The notes under the pieces were generated by a model. It was not told where the DNA came from and did no database searches. It saw nothing but the letters and a program-made list of their open reading frames with translations. Below are positions 38,506 through 52,535 of a stretch of 64,000 bases of DNA, in pieces; positions within the stretch are counted from its first letter, which is position 1; each line of letters starts with the position of its first letter. The DNA is from Octopus vulgaris. Lineage: Eukaryota. Where the stretch lies: NCBI GenBank assembly GCA_951406725.2, contig OX597815.1, positions 94,550,001 to 94,614,000 on the forward strand, read 5' to 3'. Both the position numbers and the translations under genes were made by a program.

Positions 38506-39699
38506 ATGGCTCTATGAGAAGGAAGAACAATAGTGTGCAATTTTTGAAAATACAGCCAATATCTAAAATAACTGAAAATATTTATAAACGATATGCTGTA
38601 ATACTTGCATTAAGCACATGTTAAACATTGTTTTTAATCGCTTATGACAACGCCATTTGATATAATTGATAGTAATTTTAATCGCTCTTTCAGATTGGGC
38701 ATCGATTCACCCTCCAACACTGTTCACTCGTTTGCATATAATTATTGCCTTCTCCTTATCTTTGTTGTCATTTCGACCAGTTATAATTAACTTCTTTAAC
38801 ATAATGTTTAAATAACCGTAATAAACATTGTCGTTATTTTGAAACTGATTTAGTCCTTCGTTTCGCATTAATATTTGTATGAAGTTGCCGTTTAATTTTG
38901 GGACATTTAATAGTTATTGCTTAACCCACCCCATCATACCAACCTCGATGAAGGAGATTTATAAAATGGCTGCCAAAAATAATAATTATCATATCTTTTG
39001 TTTTGGGCATAGCGTATCTAAACCCAGCAATTGCGTGAAAGCTGTCTCTTTGTCAAAAACGTAAGAGTAGTTTGTAATAATTTATGCTGATTGACATTTA
39101 ATTAGAATCAAAATCTCTTTTTTGTCGTAACTAGCAAAATTAGTTGCTAACTGAGCATTTGTAAATCTATAAGGTTTCAGCGTAAAATATTAAACGTGTG
39201 AGTCTTGTAATATTTATATATTGAGCAGTGTAGAAGAAACGAACCGTTTGAATGTTAAACAGACCCTGCTAGCATGAACTGTTGCATTGGCTTCTTGAGA
39301 TGTGTGACTGCAACGTGTGACTTTCTGACACTGAATTCTCATAAGCATTGAAATTTTATTGAATAAAAGTTGAAAACTGCTTAAACTGGCTATTGTATTT
39401 CATATGTCACATGACTAAAATCAGTCAACTGTTTATCGTGCAATTTGCCTTTCGTTTGAGCGTAGAGGAGCTCTTTATAGCTTGCTTGATAATAAAAAAC
39501 TCAAACAGACACTTGAGATAGCTACACATCACAGGAATTGACCATTCTTAGTCATGTGACGTGTAAAAGAGTATAGTGTATTTGGACAATTCACTACAGT
39601 AGCCTTATTTACTGGTAGTATTGGCATTTTTTATAGGATTTGCCACGTACATTTTTCGGCTACTTAAACTAAATGCGAGAGAAGAAAATCCTGAATTTT

Positions 39700-42060
39700 C
39701 GGCGTTGTTACATCATCAAAGAGACTTAAGGTATACAGTTGCATAGCCGCGATTGATGTAAAGGTGGTTCAGTAAGTTGACGAAATTCTGCAATAGTTGG
39801 CTGCTAAGAAGCAATGAATTATGTGCCAGTCAATGCGACTTTCGCAAAGTAGCATCAAAATCTCTGTTCTTTCGGTGGGAGGCTGATGTATAATTTTCCT
39901 GTCGAATTTAGGGATAAGCAGATTTGTTCTTCATTGTGATTGATTCCAAGGAGCAAAGCTGTGGCCATGGGAAGATTTGATGTGAAGCGTTTAGCGTTCC
40001 CTTCGTTTGTGGACCTGAAAACAACATGGCATCTAGGTGTAGTTGAGAACAATTTTGCTTAATGACACATGGATACTGTAGAAGACAACCTATAAATTTC
40101 AGCTAAAATGGACACGAGGCTTCAATTTTAAGTATATTATGAAACATTATTTTCAAGGGTAGGAGTCGAAATATTAACGATAATATTATATCATTAAGGT
40201 GACGAGTTGGAAATACCGTTTGCACGTCGGGCAAAATGCTTAGTGACACTTCATCCCACATTGCGTTCTGAGTTCAAATTCCATCGAGTTCAACTTTGCT
40301 TTTCATCATTTCGGAGTCGATAAAACATACCGAGAACTGGGATCGATGTAACCGAATTGATATTGTCGCCTGAACGTTCTGGCACTGTGCTAAAGTTTTA
40401 AACCAACATTATGTTACTGTTGCTTGGAAAATTGTAATTTCCTCTGAGGATTCGCTTAAAGGAGGATAAAAAGTGGTGTCTAAGAATTAGGTGTTGAGAA
40501 AACTTTCAGTCATTCAGAATGAAAAATGTGCTACGAAGTTGCTGTATGTTTCGTTTTGTAAGGTTGTAGCGGCCTGAACTCGTTCTAAAATCGGAAGTCG
40601 ACAAGTTTAGAAAAATTGTGTGTGATATTGTTATCATTTTCAATGGAAAGATTGGTAGCACTCATCGTTGAATCAAAGATTTTATGCCTGCTAATATAAC
40701 TAATAATTCCAGTTAATTATATTTCACGTACATAATGCTAATGAACTTGTTTTTGAACTGAGCAAAAGTCATCAAAGAAAAGTTCCGCAGATGAACCTGG
40801 TCATAATTCTATATAGAAGAGAAAGATCAGAATTTTGGACTTCTGAAGAGTGCTTTGATACTAAAGTCTTTACAAATGTAGTTCATCAGTAGCCAAAATA
40901 CTCAATGATCTGTGTAGAAACGAACTTATTTAGATCAGCTACAGAGAATTCACTTGATGGTGTACCTGTGAGGTTGGAAAAGCAATATGCATCTGATAAA
41001 ATGTAATATCTGGAGAGAATTGTCAACCACAAGGAAAGTGTGCCGCAATACAGTGTGCTAAAGACTGCATTCTAAAATACTGGTGCAATGTATGAACATT
41101 ATCTCAACCGACTTCCCCTTTTTGTCGCAGTACATACATCGATTCTTGTGTCCAAAGACATCTCCAAATCAGTCTAAGGAATACAGCGTGTGATTGAAAA
41201 TGCTGGTAGAATTGTCAGATTTATTCATACTTCATCAAAAGAAACTCAGAGCTCGGGCAAACCGCGGCAACTAATTCATTTCCTCTAAAGCGACTTTCTC
41301 TCCAATAGTTTGAAGTGAAATGATCACAACTTACTTTGAATCTTGTGGATGCTGTTCTAGCGACATGGCTGTTACATATTTGTAACTCTAGTTACATATT
41401 CATAACACTATGACGTAAACAAAGATAAACTGGAAATGTTCGAGAAATTTATCACTGATATAAATAATTTGCGATTGATGTAATTCACGACATATGTCTT
41501 GCGTCTGTTGAAGCATGTTTAGGTTCTCCTTCAATTTCATGATGTTACTATTGGGGATTTTACACCAAAAATCCAGAGCCTTCTACAGAATTTTCTTGTG
41601 GGAATCTGGTAGAAAGCATTGTTCTCTAAGCGTTGTTCTTTGAAATCGATAAGAGAGCCACTGTTAAAAATATATCTTACAAGATGAAAGGAACGAGAAT
41701 TATCAAAAGAAGTTTCTGTGTCAGTTGTAATGAAGTAATTTGTACCCTTGAAAACTTCATGTCAAGCCGTTTTGAACTTGCTATATCTAACCAGATTAGA
41801 AGCTGAATATCTGTCTTCTGCAAATTGACGGCAACTGATAAGGATATTCCTAATGTCAGCTCTAACACAAGCCTGTTAGAACAGGCAGATCAATACGAAA
41901 CAATAAATAAACAAAAATCAGAGTACTGAAAAGTCATGTAAGTATGTTTTATATATCATATGAGAACAGGATTAATTTTTCCACTTTATCAGCAATGTTG
42001 AGCAGAATTCTTTTATACTAACTACAGTTTGTTTATGTGAACGGATGATACCTTCGTATT
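39700..42060 (+). mobile_element. Highly decayed hAT-type transposase relic, interrupted by a SINE
   Basis: Scattered motif remnants: LDGVPVRLEKQY (~40950, cf. TDGAsvMLGk..gv), CRST..I..SKD (~41125, cf. HC.AH.L.L..KD), TTVCLCERM (~42020, cf. .t.ta.CERgFS). Many stops. Confidence 0.35.
40196..40405 (+). mobile_element. SINE family B
   Basis: AAGGTGACGAGTTGG..GGGCAAAATGCTTAG..GTTCTGAGTTCAAATTCC..CTTTGCTTTTCATCATTTCGGAGTCGATAAA. Confidence 0.75.
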
Positions 42061-42512
42061 TGTTAAAATCCCCTGATAGATCTCTTCTACGATTTTCTAT
42101 AATAGCTTATTATTTGTACCTAGAAATTAATATGACTGTCTTAGCTATTCTGATTCAAGGTCTGTAATGTTATGTTGGCTAAATAAGATATATATTAGAC
42201 TTAACAACCCAACAACGGTCGCAAACAAAAAATGGTTTCAAATACAGTTGCCTTAGACCAAAATAATGTGACATTAAAAGCTTAAAGCAATAAGCTCTTT
42301 TACATCTTTCCTTCTTAGAATGATCACTTTGGCTACAAACGTAGTAATGATTTACTGTTAACAGATGTTCTGTTAATGTTACAAGATTCCAGTTTTATAG
42401 ATAAACTTGAAGCAACCACTGAATTTTAAAAATGTAGTTTATTTACGGATGTTATGTCATTGAACATAATTTTGATTAACACTTCTAAATATGCAACAAA
42501 TATTAAAAACTT

Positions 42513-42850
42513 GTGAAGGCGCATGGCTCAGTGGTTAGAGCGTATAGCTTACGACCGTGAGGTTGTGAGCTCGACTCCCGGACCGGGTTGCGCGTTCTGT
42601 TCTTGAGCAAGACACTTTATTTCACGTTGCTCTACTTCACTCAGCAGTAGAAATGAGTTGCGACGTCACAGGTGCCAAGCTGTATTTGCTGTTGCCTTTC
42701 CCTTGGATAACACTAGTGGCGTGGAGAGGGGAAGCCTGTATACATGGGCGACTGCTGGTCTTCCATAAACAACCTTACCCGGACTTGTGCCTGGGAGGGT
42801 AACTTTCTAGGTGAAATCCCATGGTCTGTGTTGTGACCGAAGGGGGTCTC
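42513..42850 (+). mobile_element. tRNA-derived SINE family C
   Basis: A-box TGGCTCAGTGGTTAGAGC, B-box-like GAGCTCGACTCCC, central TTCTTGAGCAAGACACTT..CACTCAGC.GTAGAAATGAGT domain. Confidence 0.85.
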
Positions 42851-45611
42851 AGTCTCAGATTAAAAACTTAGATTTACGTTGCTGTAATGTGCGTGTTATT
42901 TATTTATTAAAGTATATAACATTAAAGCTGAAGTATTCACACAGATGTGATGCCATTCCCATCAGGTTTGTCAAGTGTAGCCCTTCACCATCTTTTAAAA
43001 GGACAAATGTTCCTATCTAAGATTCGTGGTAATGATAGTATACACATTGTAATATGCATTGTTAGTTCAACAATCGTTCAGGTTCGTCACGCTTACACTA
43101 GATAATCTTTCTTATTTTATAATCCAGTTTTGCAATATAGACATAAACGTTAAAATATGACAATTGCAACATTATTTTAGAAATTATTTAATTATATATG
43201 CATTTTATAGAGTAATACGTTTAAAATATTACAACATAAATAAATTGTAACTGATAAAATATAAATAATTGCTAAATAGAGTCATCTGTTTCATAGAGAT
43301 AACACGAAAACCAAATGAGAAGCGTGTAAAATATAATATCAAAAGGACTTTTCGTTTCAAAAATAAACAGAATTGATTAGTAATAGTGCCATCCATCTGA
43401 AATTTAATAATAAGAATTCTTACAGAAACTCCGTTATCTAAATGATATTATTTAATTTGTGCTTTCAAGAAAACACATTTCCCACGACATCGAAAATAGA
43501 CGTAAAATATAGAAAGTGTATTGTCGATTGAAGCGGCGATAATACATGATTGGTAGTTATTCTCTAACCTGGAAAGACTTCTAAAGCAAACACTGATTAA
43601 AAATCAGAAAATACAGAGAAGTATCTAATAGTACATCTCATTTAGTCAGATATCCTGTTTCTGCCACGTCTAAATTCTAAAACATATTTTCCGCAAACTC
43701 TACCCGTCTCTGCCACATGCAAATAATACTACAGTACATTTAGTCAAACATTGTATCCTTCTTTTCCTTATATAAATACTACAAAACAGACAGTCACACT
43801 TTACCGTTTCTTCCACGTTTGAGTAATAAACCAAAAAAAAAAAAAAAAATTCCTTGAATAATAATAATCTACAGAAGGAAACAATTTTCTAGAATTCTTC
43901 AGCAGTCTGGTGACATTTGTTGCGTATATAATAGCTTCATTTGGTGTCTTAAATTCATATCTTGTAGAAAATGTGCAAAGGAAAATTATCCAATTCCTTA
44001 AGACATTAAGAGATCTGTGGTATAAAGCTTAACTTCGCTCGTTAGACGGTTAGAGGAGATATTTGATATATCTTTAAAATAACAATAGGATAAGTTACCC
44101 ACTGAAACATCACATCTTAAAATTCCGTTCGCCATCAATGAAACGATAACGCTGTAATTAATATAAATCATGAAGGAAGCCATTCTATATGGCAACAAGC
44201 ACACATATCAATGCTCACTATAAACTGGAATTTATTATCTAAGGAGTTTTACAAATATAAGGTAACCGGGCAATGAACTGATGAATTTTATGAATACTGA
44301 AATGACAGATACCTTCGAATACTCAGAAAAGATGTATAATGAACAAATCAATACTTACAGATGCTTCCTTTATAATTTTCGCTTTATAAGTGATTCAGGG
44401 AAGGTAGATATATCCTCCTAAATTGGCGTAATTTTGCTACCCGTGATATTCCGAAAATCTGCAATTCACTTATTACAAATAAAACGTGGCCAAAGAATAA
44501 ACCATTCTATTCAGAAAGCTTGCAATTTAAGAAGCAGCTGCCGATGTTAAACAGAGAAGTAAAATTACCTTAAACAAAACTTTAAATTGCTTTAACTTGT
44601 GAAATATTTTTAGAAACTAAAGCGCTCTTCAAAATGCATTTTCTCCGCTTATTAATTTAAGTAGAAACAAGAGAAAACTACTTTAAAATGCACTGTTAAG
44701 TATAAAACTTGTGAACATTTGATCAACCACAGAGGATGACATGGGACTTCTAATTAAAAACGTCAACGCGCTAGAAATAGGAACCAAATTTCCATTAAAT
44801 CATCGGTCTGATGTTGGACTGTTACTAAAATATATTATTTATTCTTGAGAAATAAAGAAACAAAAAGCAAAACAAAACAAAAAGCACAGAGAATAACCCT
44901 TCTGACAGTGCAAAGTGGCCGATTTTAAGAGAGGAATGTCATTCTACACCGGTACTTCACTGATACTCTATATATTTGAATGTTAATTTTTGTTTCGTAA
45001 TAAATGACACGTTGGATAATGAAGTCCAGGATATTTTGAAAGGAAGTCGGAACGATCTCAAATGAAATACCTTTTATGATAAATCTGCGAAGTCAGGATT
45101 AACCTGGGTTAACACAACAACCAAGTCGCTGCCGATTTGAACAAGGATACCGACATATAACTGATACTTCTCAATTTCTTGTGAAACACCAGGCTTTGCT
45201 TATCGGAATTAAACACATTGTATCTAGTAATAATTTTGTAGAGAGAATTGTGAGATTATGTAAGTTAAAATATTAAATTCCTATACTACAATTTTCTTAT
45301 ATTGCAGCAATTTCTCAGTGCGACTCTGCTTACAGAATCTGTTATTATAATGTTCTATTGTTAGATTTTTATAATATTATATTACTGTACAGGGATGATT
45401 ATGATTTAATGCGATATGATTAATTTTTCTTATATAATATAAGGATGCAAAAATATCAGTATCAATAGATATACTTTTTATTGTATATTGTAAAATTATA
45501 TGAATAAATATATATTTCAGTTTTTAACTTTCTCAAATTTATGAATTACTATTTTAACTTTGATCACAATGTTTTTCTGCAAAAATGGAAATAGCTTGTA
45601 ACAGTTTCAGA

Positions 45612-45742
45612 AGATGGTAAAGTGGTATAGCCGTTAGAGCGTCGGATACAATGCCTTGCGATACTTGTTTCGGCTCTCTTCGCTCTGTGTTCAAATCTGA
45701 TAGAAGTCAGCTTTGCATTTTATTCTTCTGAGATTGATAGCG
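45612..45742 (+). mobile_element. SINE family B, degenerate
   Basis: CCGTTAGAGCGTCGGA..GTTCAAATC..GTCAGCTTTGCATTTTATTCTT. Confidence 0.55.
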
Positions 45743-46295
45743 TATGAGTGAAGAACTTAGTGAATCTGAAAAGGGAGAGTACCCGCTTCACTAATCAATT
45801 TCACGCACAGGAACTTCTGAGAAAATACACAAAGGGAAAATGTCCTGTGGTGATGGAATGCATGGCTAGACCAGCAGCAAACATTTAAATGCTAACTCTT
45901 ACGTAGATAGCTTGGGTTACTGATCGCTTTTTCCCCAAACACTGACAATGTAACGATTTGGCAACACATCTAATAAATGAGCAATCTTTCCCATGAATAG
46001 CAATGCTCACCTGTAAATTAGGATCTAACTGAAAAAAGGTGGTCTAAACAAAGCTTGCCTAAATCTGGAACTCAGAAGCAAACCTGAAACTGGTGGTTGT
46101 TTTCTCTTAGAATGCTTCCATGGAAACATCCAAGGTATATTCATCTTTCTAAGAAGTGGTCGTGTTCGATGATGCTACGGCTGAGTGGTTGAGTGGTTTA
46201 TGGAGTACCAAGTAGTTTCGGGTTCACAGCATCGGGCCGGCTCATTACATACTAGTCAATTTGAAAATGAGAAACTGCGGAAATGGTCGAGCGCA

Positions 46296-46352
<57 letters not shown>

Positions 46353-46419
46353 TCAAACACACACACACATACAGATACGTGTGCGCGTGTGTAGTATCTT
46401 TATACGCGTATGTATACCT

Positions 46420-46649
46420 ATTTCTTTACTACCCATAAGGGGCTACACACAGAGGGGACAAACAAGGACAGACAAACGGATTAAGGCGATTACATCGACC
46501 CCGGTGCGTAACTGGTACTTATTTAATCGATCCGGAAAGGGTGAAAGGCAAAGTCGACCTCGGCGGAATTTGAACTCAGAACGTAACGGCAGACAAAATA
46601 CCGCTAAGCATTTCGCCCGGTGTGCTAACGATTCTACCAGCTCGCCGCC
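46420..46649 (-). mobile_element. tRNA-derived SINE family B, well preserved
   Basis: Minus strand GGCGGCGAGCTGGTAGAATCGTTAGCAC..GAGTTCAAATTCC..GTCGACTTTGCCTTTCACCCTTTCCGGATCGAT..AAGTACCAG. The central part resembles the Nin/Deu conserved SINE domain (from recall). Confidence 0.88.
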
Positions 46650-46679
46650 CTATGCGTATGTATACCAACGCGTGCTCGT

Positions 46680-46885
46680 ATTCGTGTTTGTCATTGCTCG
46701 CTTGACAACTGATGGTGATTTGCTTATATGATCGCAGCTTAACAGTTCGATAAAAAGAGACAGAGAGGATAAATAGCAGTTTTTAAAATTAATGCTGGGG
46801 ATCAATTGAACAAGTAAATCCTTCAAGGCGGTGATCTTGCCTGGCCTCAGTACAATGACTGAAACAAGTGAACCAAGGAAAGAAT
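46680..46885 (+). mobile_element. SINE family A, 3' half, degenerate
   Basis: CGCTTGACAACTGATG..CTGGGGATCAATT..AAGGCGGTG..ATGACTGAAACAAGT. Confidence 0.7.
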
Positions 46886-47884
46886 ACATACATACATTCA
46901 CATACCTGTATGTACGTATGCACATAGTGGATTTTTCTGCGACTGTAGCCTCTGCTATTCTGCGAATAGGATGTTTGGTATGTCTTGATCAAAATTTTGA
47001 CACATGTATATATATATATATATTGACAAGTGCATTCAACGTGCCCTTCAACTTAACATCAAGGAACTGAGACATCCCAAATCAAAGAAAAACTTACAAT
47101 CAAAAGCCTTACCATACATCTCCACACACAACCCTCTCAATAACGAAGCCTTCGGCACCATCCTCCACAACATGCCCCTCCTAAAAAAAGACCACAGAAT
47201 GAACACAATCCTCCAAACACACACGATCATAAAAAGCAAGAGACAGCCTAAATCCATGAAAAGTCTCCTAACACAAGCCCGAATTCACTCTTCAACACAG
47301 AAGCCGACAGTAAAAAAATGTGGAAGACCCAATTGCGGGATATGCGACTATCTAATTGAGGGATCAGAGTTCTCCTTCAAACAGGGACAACGGTTTACAG
47401 TGAAAAGCAACTTCACATGTGCTTCGGAGAACCTAATATACTCACTAACCTGCTCCGGGTGTCAAGAGCAGTACATAGGCCAAACAAAAAAATAGTTTGC
47501 GTAAACGAATGGCCCTGCACAGATCCCAGATAAAAATTCCCCAAAACAGAAAAATAGCTTTTAGCCAACACATAGATACTTGCGCCAACAAAAAAACACC
47601 AAGCTTCAGGATTTTCCCCCTCTACCAATTTAGGGACGATACAACCTCGAGACAACGAATAAGTAAAGAAACTCTCTTTATTGCAAAATACAGGCCACTT
47701 CTTAACGGGTCTACGACAAACAATTAATATACCTCAACTTTAGAATAAAAGAAATATTCACACACAAATATTACATTCCAAATAATCCATTACTAATCAC
47801 AGCTAAAATCACAGCTATAATCCATAATATGCCAACTTCAAGTCATACAACACCTCACTACTTTAACCCATTCATATTCTTCTC

Positions 47885-48125
47885 TGTTTTTTCTTCTTCT
47901 TCCTCTTCTTCTTCATCATCATCATTATCATCATCATCGTCGTCATAATCATCACCACCATCACCATCATCGTCATCTTCTCCTTCTCCTCCTTCTTCTT
48001 CTTCTTCTTCTTCTTCTTCTTCTTCTTCTTCTTCTTCATCATCATCATCATCAACATCGTCATCTTCTTCTTCTTCTTCTTCTTCTTCTTCTTCTTCTTC
48101 TTCTTCTTCTTCTTCTACTTCTCCA
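47885..48125. repeat. (TTC)n/(ATC)n trinucleotide array inside the PLE 3' UTR
   Basis: Direct. Confidence 0.9.
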
Positions 48126-48474
48126 CCTTCTACCCCTTAACTTTGTCACTAATGTTTTTTAGTATAACACCTACGCAAATTCTATAAACAAGCCTTTCAA
48201 TAGAAATATTCTCCTGAATTGAACTGCGACTGCCAGCCGCCACTGACCATTCAAAATACGACCATCAGGGCACTCCCAGATTCTCCCACCCCCTTTCCTC
48301 ATCAGCCTCCTTCCTCTACTACCCTACCAAGAACTCACAACGACCTCCAACACACAAGTGCAAACAAGGGAGTCAGAGAAAGGCAGAATGCCACTTAAAT
48401 CTGAACACTACTATAGAAATATTCCTTTAAAAAAACTTTTCTTCTAATTTTTCTAAATTTAATTATTTAATCGT

Positions 48475-48516
48475 TACAGTTGAAAAGGTCTCAAAATGAC
48501 CGAAACCGGTACTGAA
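48475..48516 (+). ncRNA. Minimal type I hammerhead, U3-A8 core variant
   Basis: CAG-TTGAAAA-GGTC-TCAAAAT-GACC-GAAA-CCGG-TA-CTG. Palindromic ACCGGT stem III. Lies downstream of, and on the same strand as, the PLE ORF. Confidence 0.7.
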
Positions 48517-48568
48517 GTGTTCACTATAAAATTATTTTAGCATTTTCTATTTTTGACTTGTTTTTTCA

Positions 48569-48628
<60 letters not shown>

Positions 48629-49727
48629 AGGTGCTAGGTGCTAGGTGCGAAAACAGTCTTGGTCATAAAACTTTATTATTCAAATATATTATACAACCAG
48701 TTGGTATTTGCCGAAATTCTTTTACTTGTTTTCATGTCAAGAAGCAACTACCACAACTGAAATCAGATTATTTTTGTCTCTCATCTCTTTGTTATACGAA
48801 AGTACAGCCAGAGAACTTAATCTCTGAGTATTGATTGTTGGCCGAAGACATGCCTTAATGCCCTTGCTAGAATAAATATCCATTCAGCTATAGCAGATGT
48901 TGCAAGATTTTGCAGTAAAAGAAGGCAAAATGTACCAATATCTTATATGTGCTTGCCATCAGCTGTTTTTATTTAAATGGTCTACAATGTCAGCTGAACT
49001 ACAAACAGTTGCATCTGTCATACAAAGCTCATATAATAATAGTTGGGCAATTTAATAATTAATGTCAATGTCTTCGGCGAAACTTAAATGAATTGATATA
49101 ATTGAGTGTTTTTGTTTTTGTTGATTCTCTGCAGAAGCAGTATTATTTTAGAAACGCCCGATCAAAACCTTTTTCGATCGGAAAGATTATAGTTTATACT
49201 ACAACAAAATACACTTTTCTGTAATGGTCTCATGCTTATTGGACAATATGTACTCTTCGCAACTTCAATTTCAAATTTACTAGGGGCCTTTCGATTTCAT
49301 GCTAATAACAGGTTGTGAAATGAAAAGGTGTACACCAGGTTTCCGAAACATATCAAAAAACAGATGTCAAAGGATATTCATTCCACGTAGCTTTCAAAAC
49401 CACTTTTAGCCTTCCTGCGTCTATCTCTCGGCGACATCAGCCGATATAGCCCAAAGCAAGAAAATTAAACTTATTCAATTACACGGTGTATGTCATGATC
49501 TTTCTTATTTTGCCAACACTCAAATAGGGTTGAATAGTTATAAAAAAAAATCACTCAGTACGCATAGTCCATTTAGTGAAACTCAAAGTTAAGATATATC
49601 TTATATGTTAAGTATGAATTAAATGCTTCTAAATACACATACTTTTCTAAATAACTACGGTTTTCATTTCGTTTTTGGATTTGGCTTGCAAGATTCTTTA
49701 TGTGAATTCGTGTGTTGGTTTGAAGCA

Positions 49728-50000
49728 TATTCTGTTGTGTCTGGGGAGAATCATACTCTTTTAGTGCCTTATAATTTAACACTCTCATCCGTAAAGTTTC
49801 CACCCATTTACTTATTTATTTTTCAAAAATTTTCGTTGCATCTTGCAACCTTTCCAATAATCGTTCACTATTGAAAAGGTTGCATGACGCAGCGGAAATT
49901 TTAGAAAAATAAGTAAGTAAACGAGTGGAAATCTTACCGGTGAGTGTGTTAAATTATAAGGCACTAAAAGAGAACGACTCTCTCCAGACACAACAGAATA
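49728..50000. repeat. Long imperfect palindrome (arms ~132 bp, 9-nt spacer); probable inverted PLE pLTR
   Basis: 49728-49859 is the reverse complement of 49869-50000. The ORF track shows homologous peptides on opposite strands (49623+ and 49812-). Confidence 0.85.
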
Positions 50001-51088
50001 CATTTTTCATGTTTGGGAATACTTAATAGTTTTACAGTGAAGTCATCATGCCACATAGTATCTTAGATTGCGTTGTAGTTTCCTTTACTCTCAGAGTTAA
50101 TGAATGTGCGTGAGATAGAGACAAAGAAGAAAGAGAAGAAGAAAGAAAGGTAGGAGGAAAGGGAGAAAGAAGAAATATGAAAATAAACATTTTGTGTGAA
50201 ATGGAGGGATTATTAAATAAGCAGGGAAATAAAAAAAGAAGGAAAGGACAAAAATCAACCTTCATCCTCCATTCTTTTTCTCTCTCACAGAAATAAGGAA
50301 AAGAGAAAGAAAGATGAAAAGAAAGGAAGACAAAGCAAGAAAGAAGACGGCAAAAGAGCAAAGGAAGAAGGAAAGAATGTAAAAGAGAAAGTAATAAGCG
50401 AAGGAAGAATAAAGAATAAAGAGTGAAAAAAGATAGAAAAAGAGAGTAAGAAGGAATTAAAAGCAAAACCTGAACAGAGTTACCTGCGAAACATCGAATT
50501 GTATGGCTATATTGTATCAGGGAAGGAGAGAATGGAGCAGTGTGACCAGTTGAAATTAAGGTGGGAAGTTGATTAGCTGGAGGAGAGACTTTATACAGAG
50601 AGGAATCATGGAGAGATAGTTAGCTTGTAAGTTGTGTGAGGGGATAGAAAACCGTACGAGGCTCTAGCAACGTAGGATGAGGAGGGATATTAGGATAATT
50701 ATAATAAACGGATTGTCTAAATAAATTTTAAAAATGCATAAAATGTTTTAAAAATAATAAATAACCTAATATCGAAAAAAGTTATGAAATAATTAAATGA
50801 ATAATGATAAAAAATTTAATAGGAGTTGGTGATGCGGAGTTAATGAAATGGAATTAATGATAAGGAGTGTGAGGAATTAATCGATTGTGTCAACTCCATT
50901 ATTCGACCAGTGTTGAACTTTATTGAAGGCTGGAAGGCACATTGACCCCGATGTGATCTAGGATCACATCGTAGAATGTCGGAGCAAAAAGTATCATCAT
51001 TTCACACTTCTTTCTTCGCTTGTAATATTCCTTTTGCTTTCTCTTTTTCCTCTTAATTTCTCTGTTTTCTTTCTACCTTCGTACATTT

Positions 51089-51122
<34 letters not shown>

Positions 51123-51223
51123 CACTGGTGTATATATTTAGTCATGTGTCTTGTACAATAGCCAATCGAAAGCTCTGTGGATTTGGTAGACGGAAATGTT
51201 GAGCGTACGATATTTAGGTGTGC

Positions 51224-51258
<35 letters not shown>

Positions 51259-51259
51259 T

Positions 51260-52535
51260 AAGAAAGTTTGTTTGGTAAAGCACGTGGGTGAATATATAAG
51301 AAAATAGTAAAGTGTGAAAAAACGACAGAAGGCTTAAATGTTAAAAGATATATATATTTGTGTCAAAATGTCTGGAGAATATTGGAAAAATTTTTTTTTC
51401 CCTTTCCTTAAAATGACATAATTTTTAAATTTTTAAAGAAATTACCGGTTTCGCGTGTAGCTTTTCAAATTTCTTGTGACGTTATGTTTATATTGCATGG
51501 ATTTATCGTTGTTTTTATTTCCAGGAGATTTCTAAATAAGGGGAGGTAGTGAGTGATTTTTTCCGGTGTAGGGGAGATAATCGCTTAAAAAATTTTTTTC
51601 CCATTTCCTTGTTAATTTCTCTGTGTCAGTATGTTCGGATGGTTGAGTCTGGGTTTGTACTTTTCAATGAAGAATGTTTCCTTGTTCAGTCTCATTTGTG
51701 TTGATGATCCGAAAGCACATTGGTAAAATGGGAAGATTAAAAATTGTGGCAGTAGTTGCTTTGCGCATTTCTCAATGTGCTCACTAAAAGGTATCATTCT
51801 ATATTCTGGGAATGCAATCTGTTGTCGATGCAGTGTGCATCTGCGCCTGAGTGATAGTCCCGTGGAACCCACGTAGTCTTGGTGGCAGCCCGAGCATTTA
51901 ATAACATAAATTATGTTTTCAGAGGCACAAGTAAAGTTAGATTTGATCTTAAATTTCTGTCCTTCTTTAAAGAAGAATTCTGATCCTTCCAATAGGTTAG
52001 GACATGTTGCACAGTTCGATCTACCACATTTTTTTACTTTTGCATCCGTAATTTTAGAAGACAATTTTGCCTTTGTGAGAATCTTTTTAAGTGATTTGGC
52101 TGTTTGTAGCTTTTAATGATTTGGTGTATGTTTAGAATTTCCCTTAATTTTGGGTTTTTATGAAGTATTGGTAAATTCTGGGTGATGATGGTGAAGGCTT
52201 CTTTGTTTCTGGGGTTGTATGTAGATATGTAAGGTAGTATTTTCGGGGAAGGTGTGTTGTTGTGTTGAACTTTTCTTAAAGTTTCTATGTTGATTTCTGT
52301 TGCACGTCTGATCCCATCCTCTATGAGTTGAGCTGGGTAATGTCTGTCAATTAGGGTGTTTTTGAGTTCTTGCAGTCTAAAGTTCCTGGTATTTTGTTCT
52401 GACACTATTGTGCATATCCTTCTTGCAAGGTTGAAGGGTATGTTTGTTTTAGTGTGTCTTGGGTGGCATGAATTAAAAAGAAGGTATTGTTTGGCGTCTG
52501 TGGCTTTGTAAAAAATGTCTGTTTCTATTTTAAGG

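Larger units (their letters stand above)
47023..48570 (+). mobile_element. 5'-truncated PLE (Neptune-type): linker, GIY-YIG, 3' UTR and pLTR, flanked by (TA)n
   Basis: PYISTHNP, KCGRPNCGIC, FTCASENLIYSLTCSGCQEQYIGQT (frameshift ~47495) RKRMALHRSQI..FSQHI..R..KETLFI.KYRP.LN*. Hammerhead at 48475-48516. Confidence 0.92.

Noticed and set aside
42513-42590. tRNA gene (also 59565-59633)
   Set aside because: A and B boxes are present but the cloverleaf is incomplete and runs into a SINE body.
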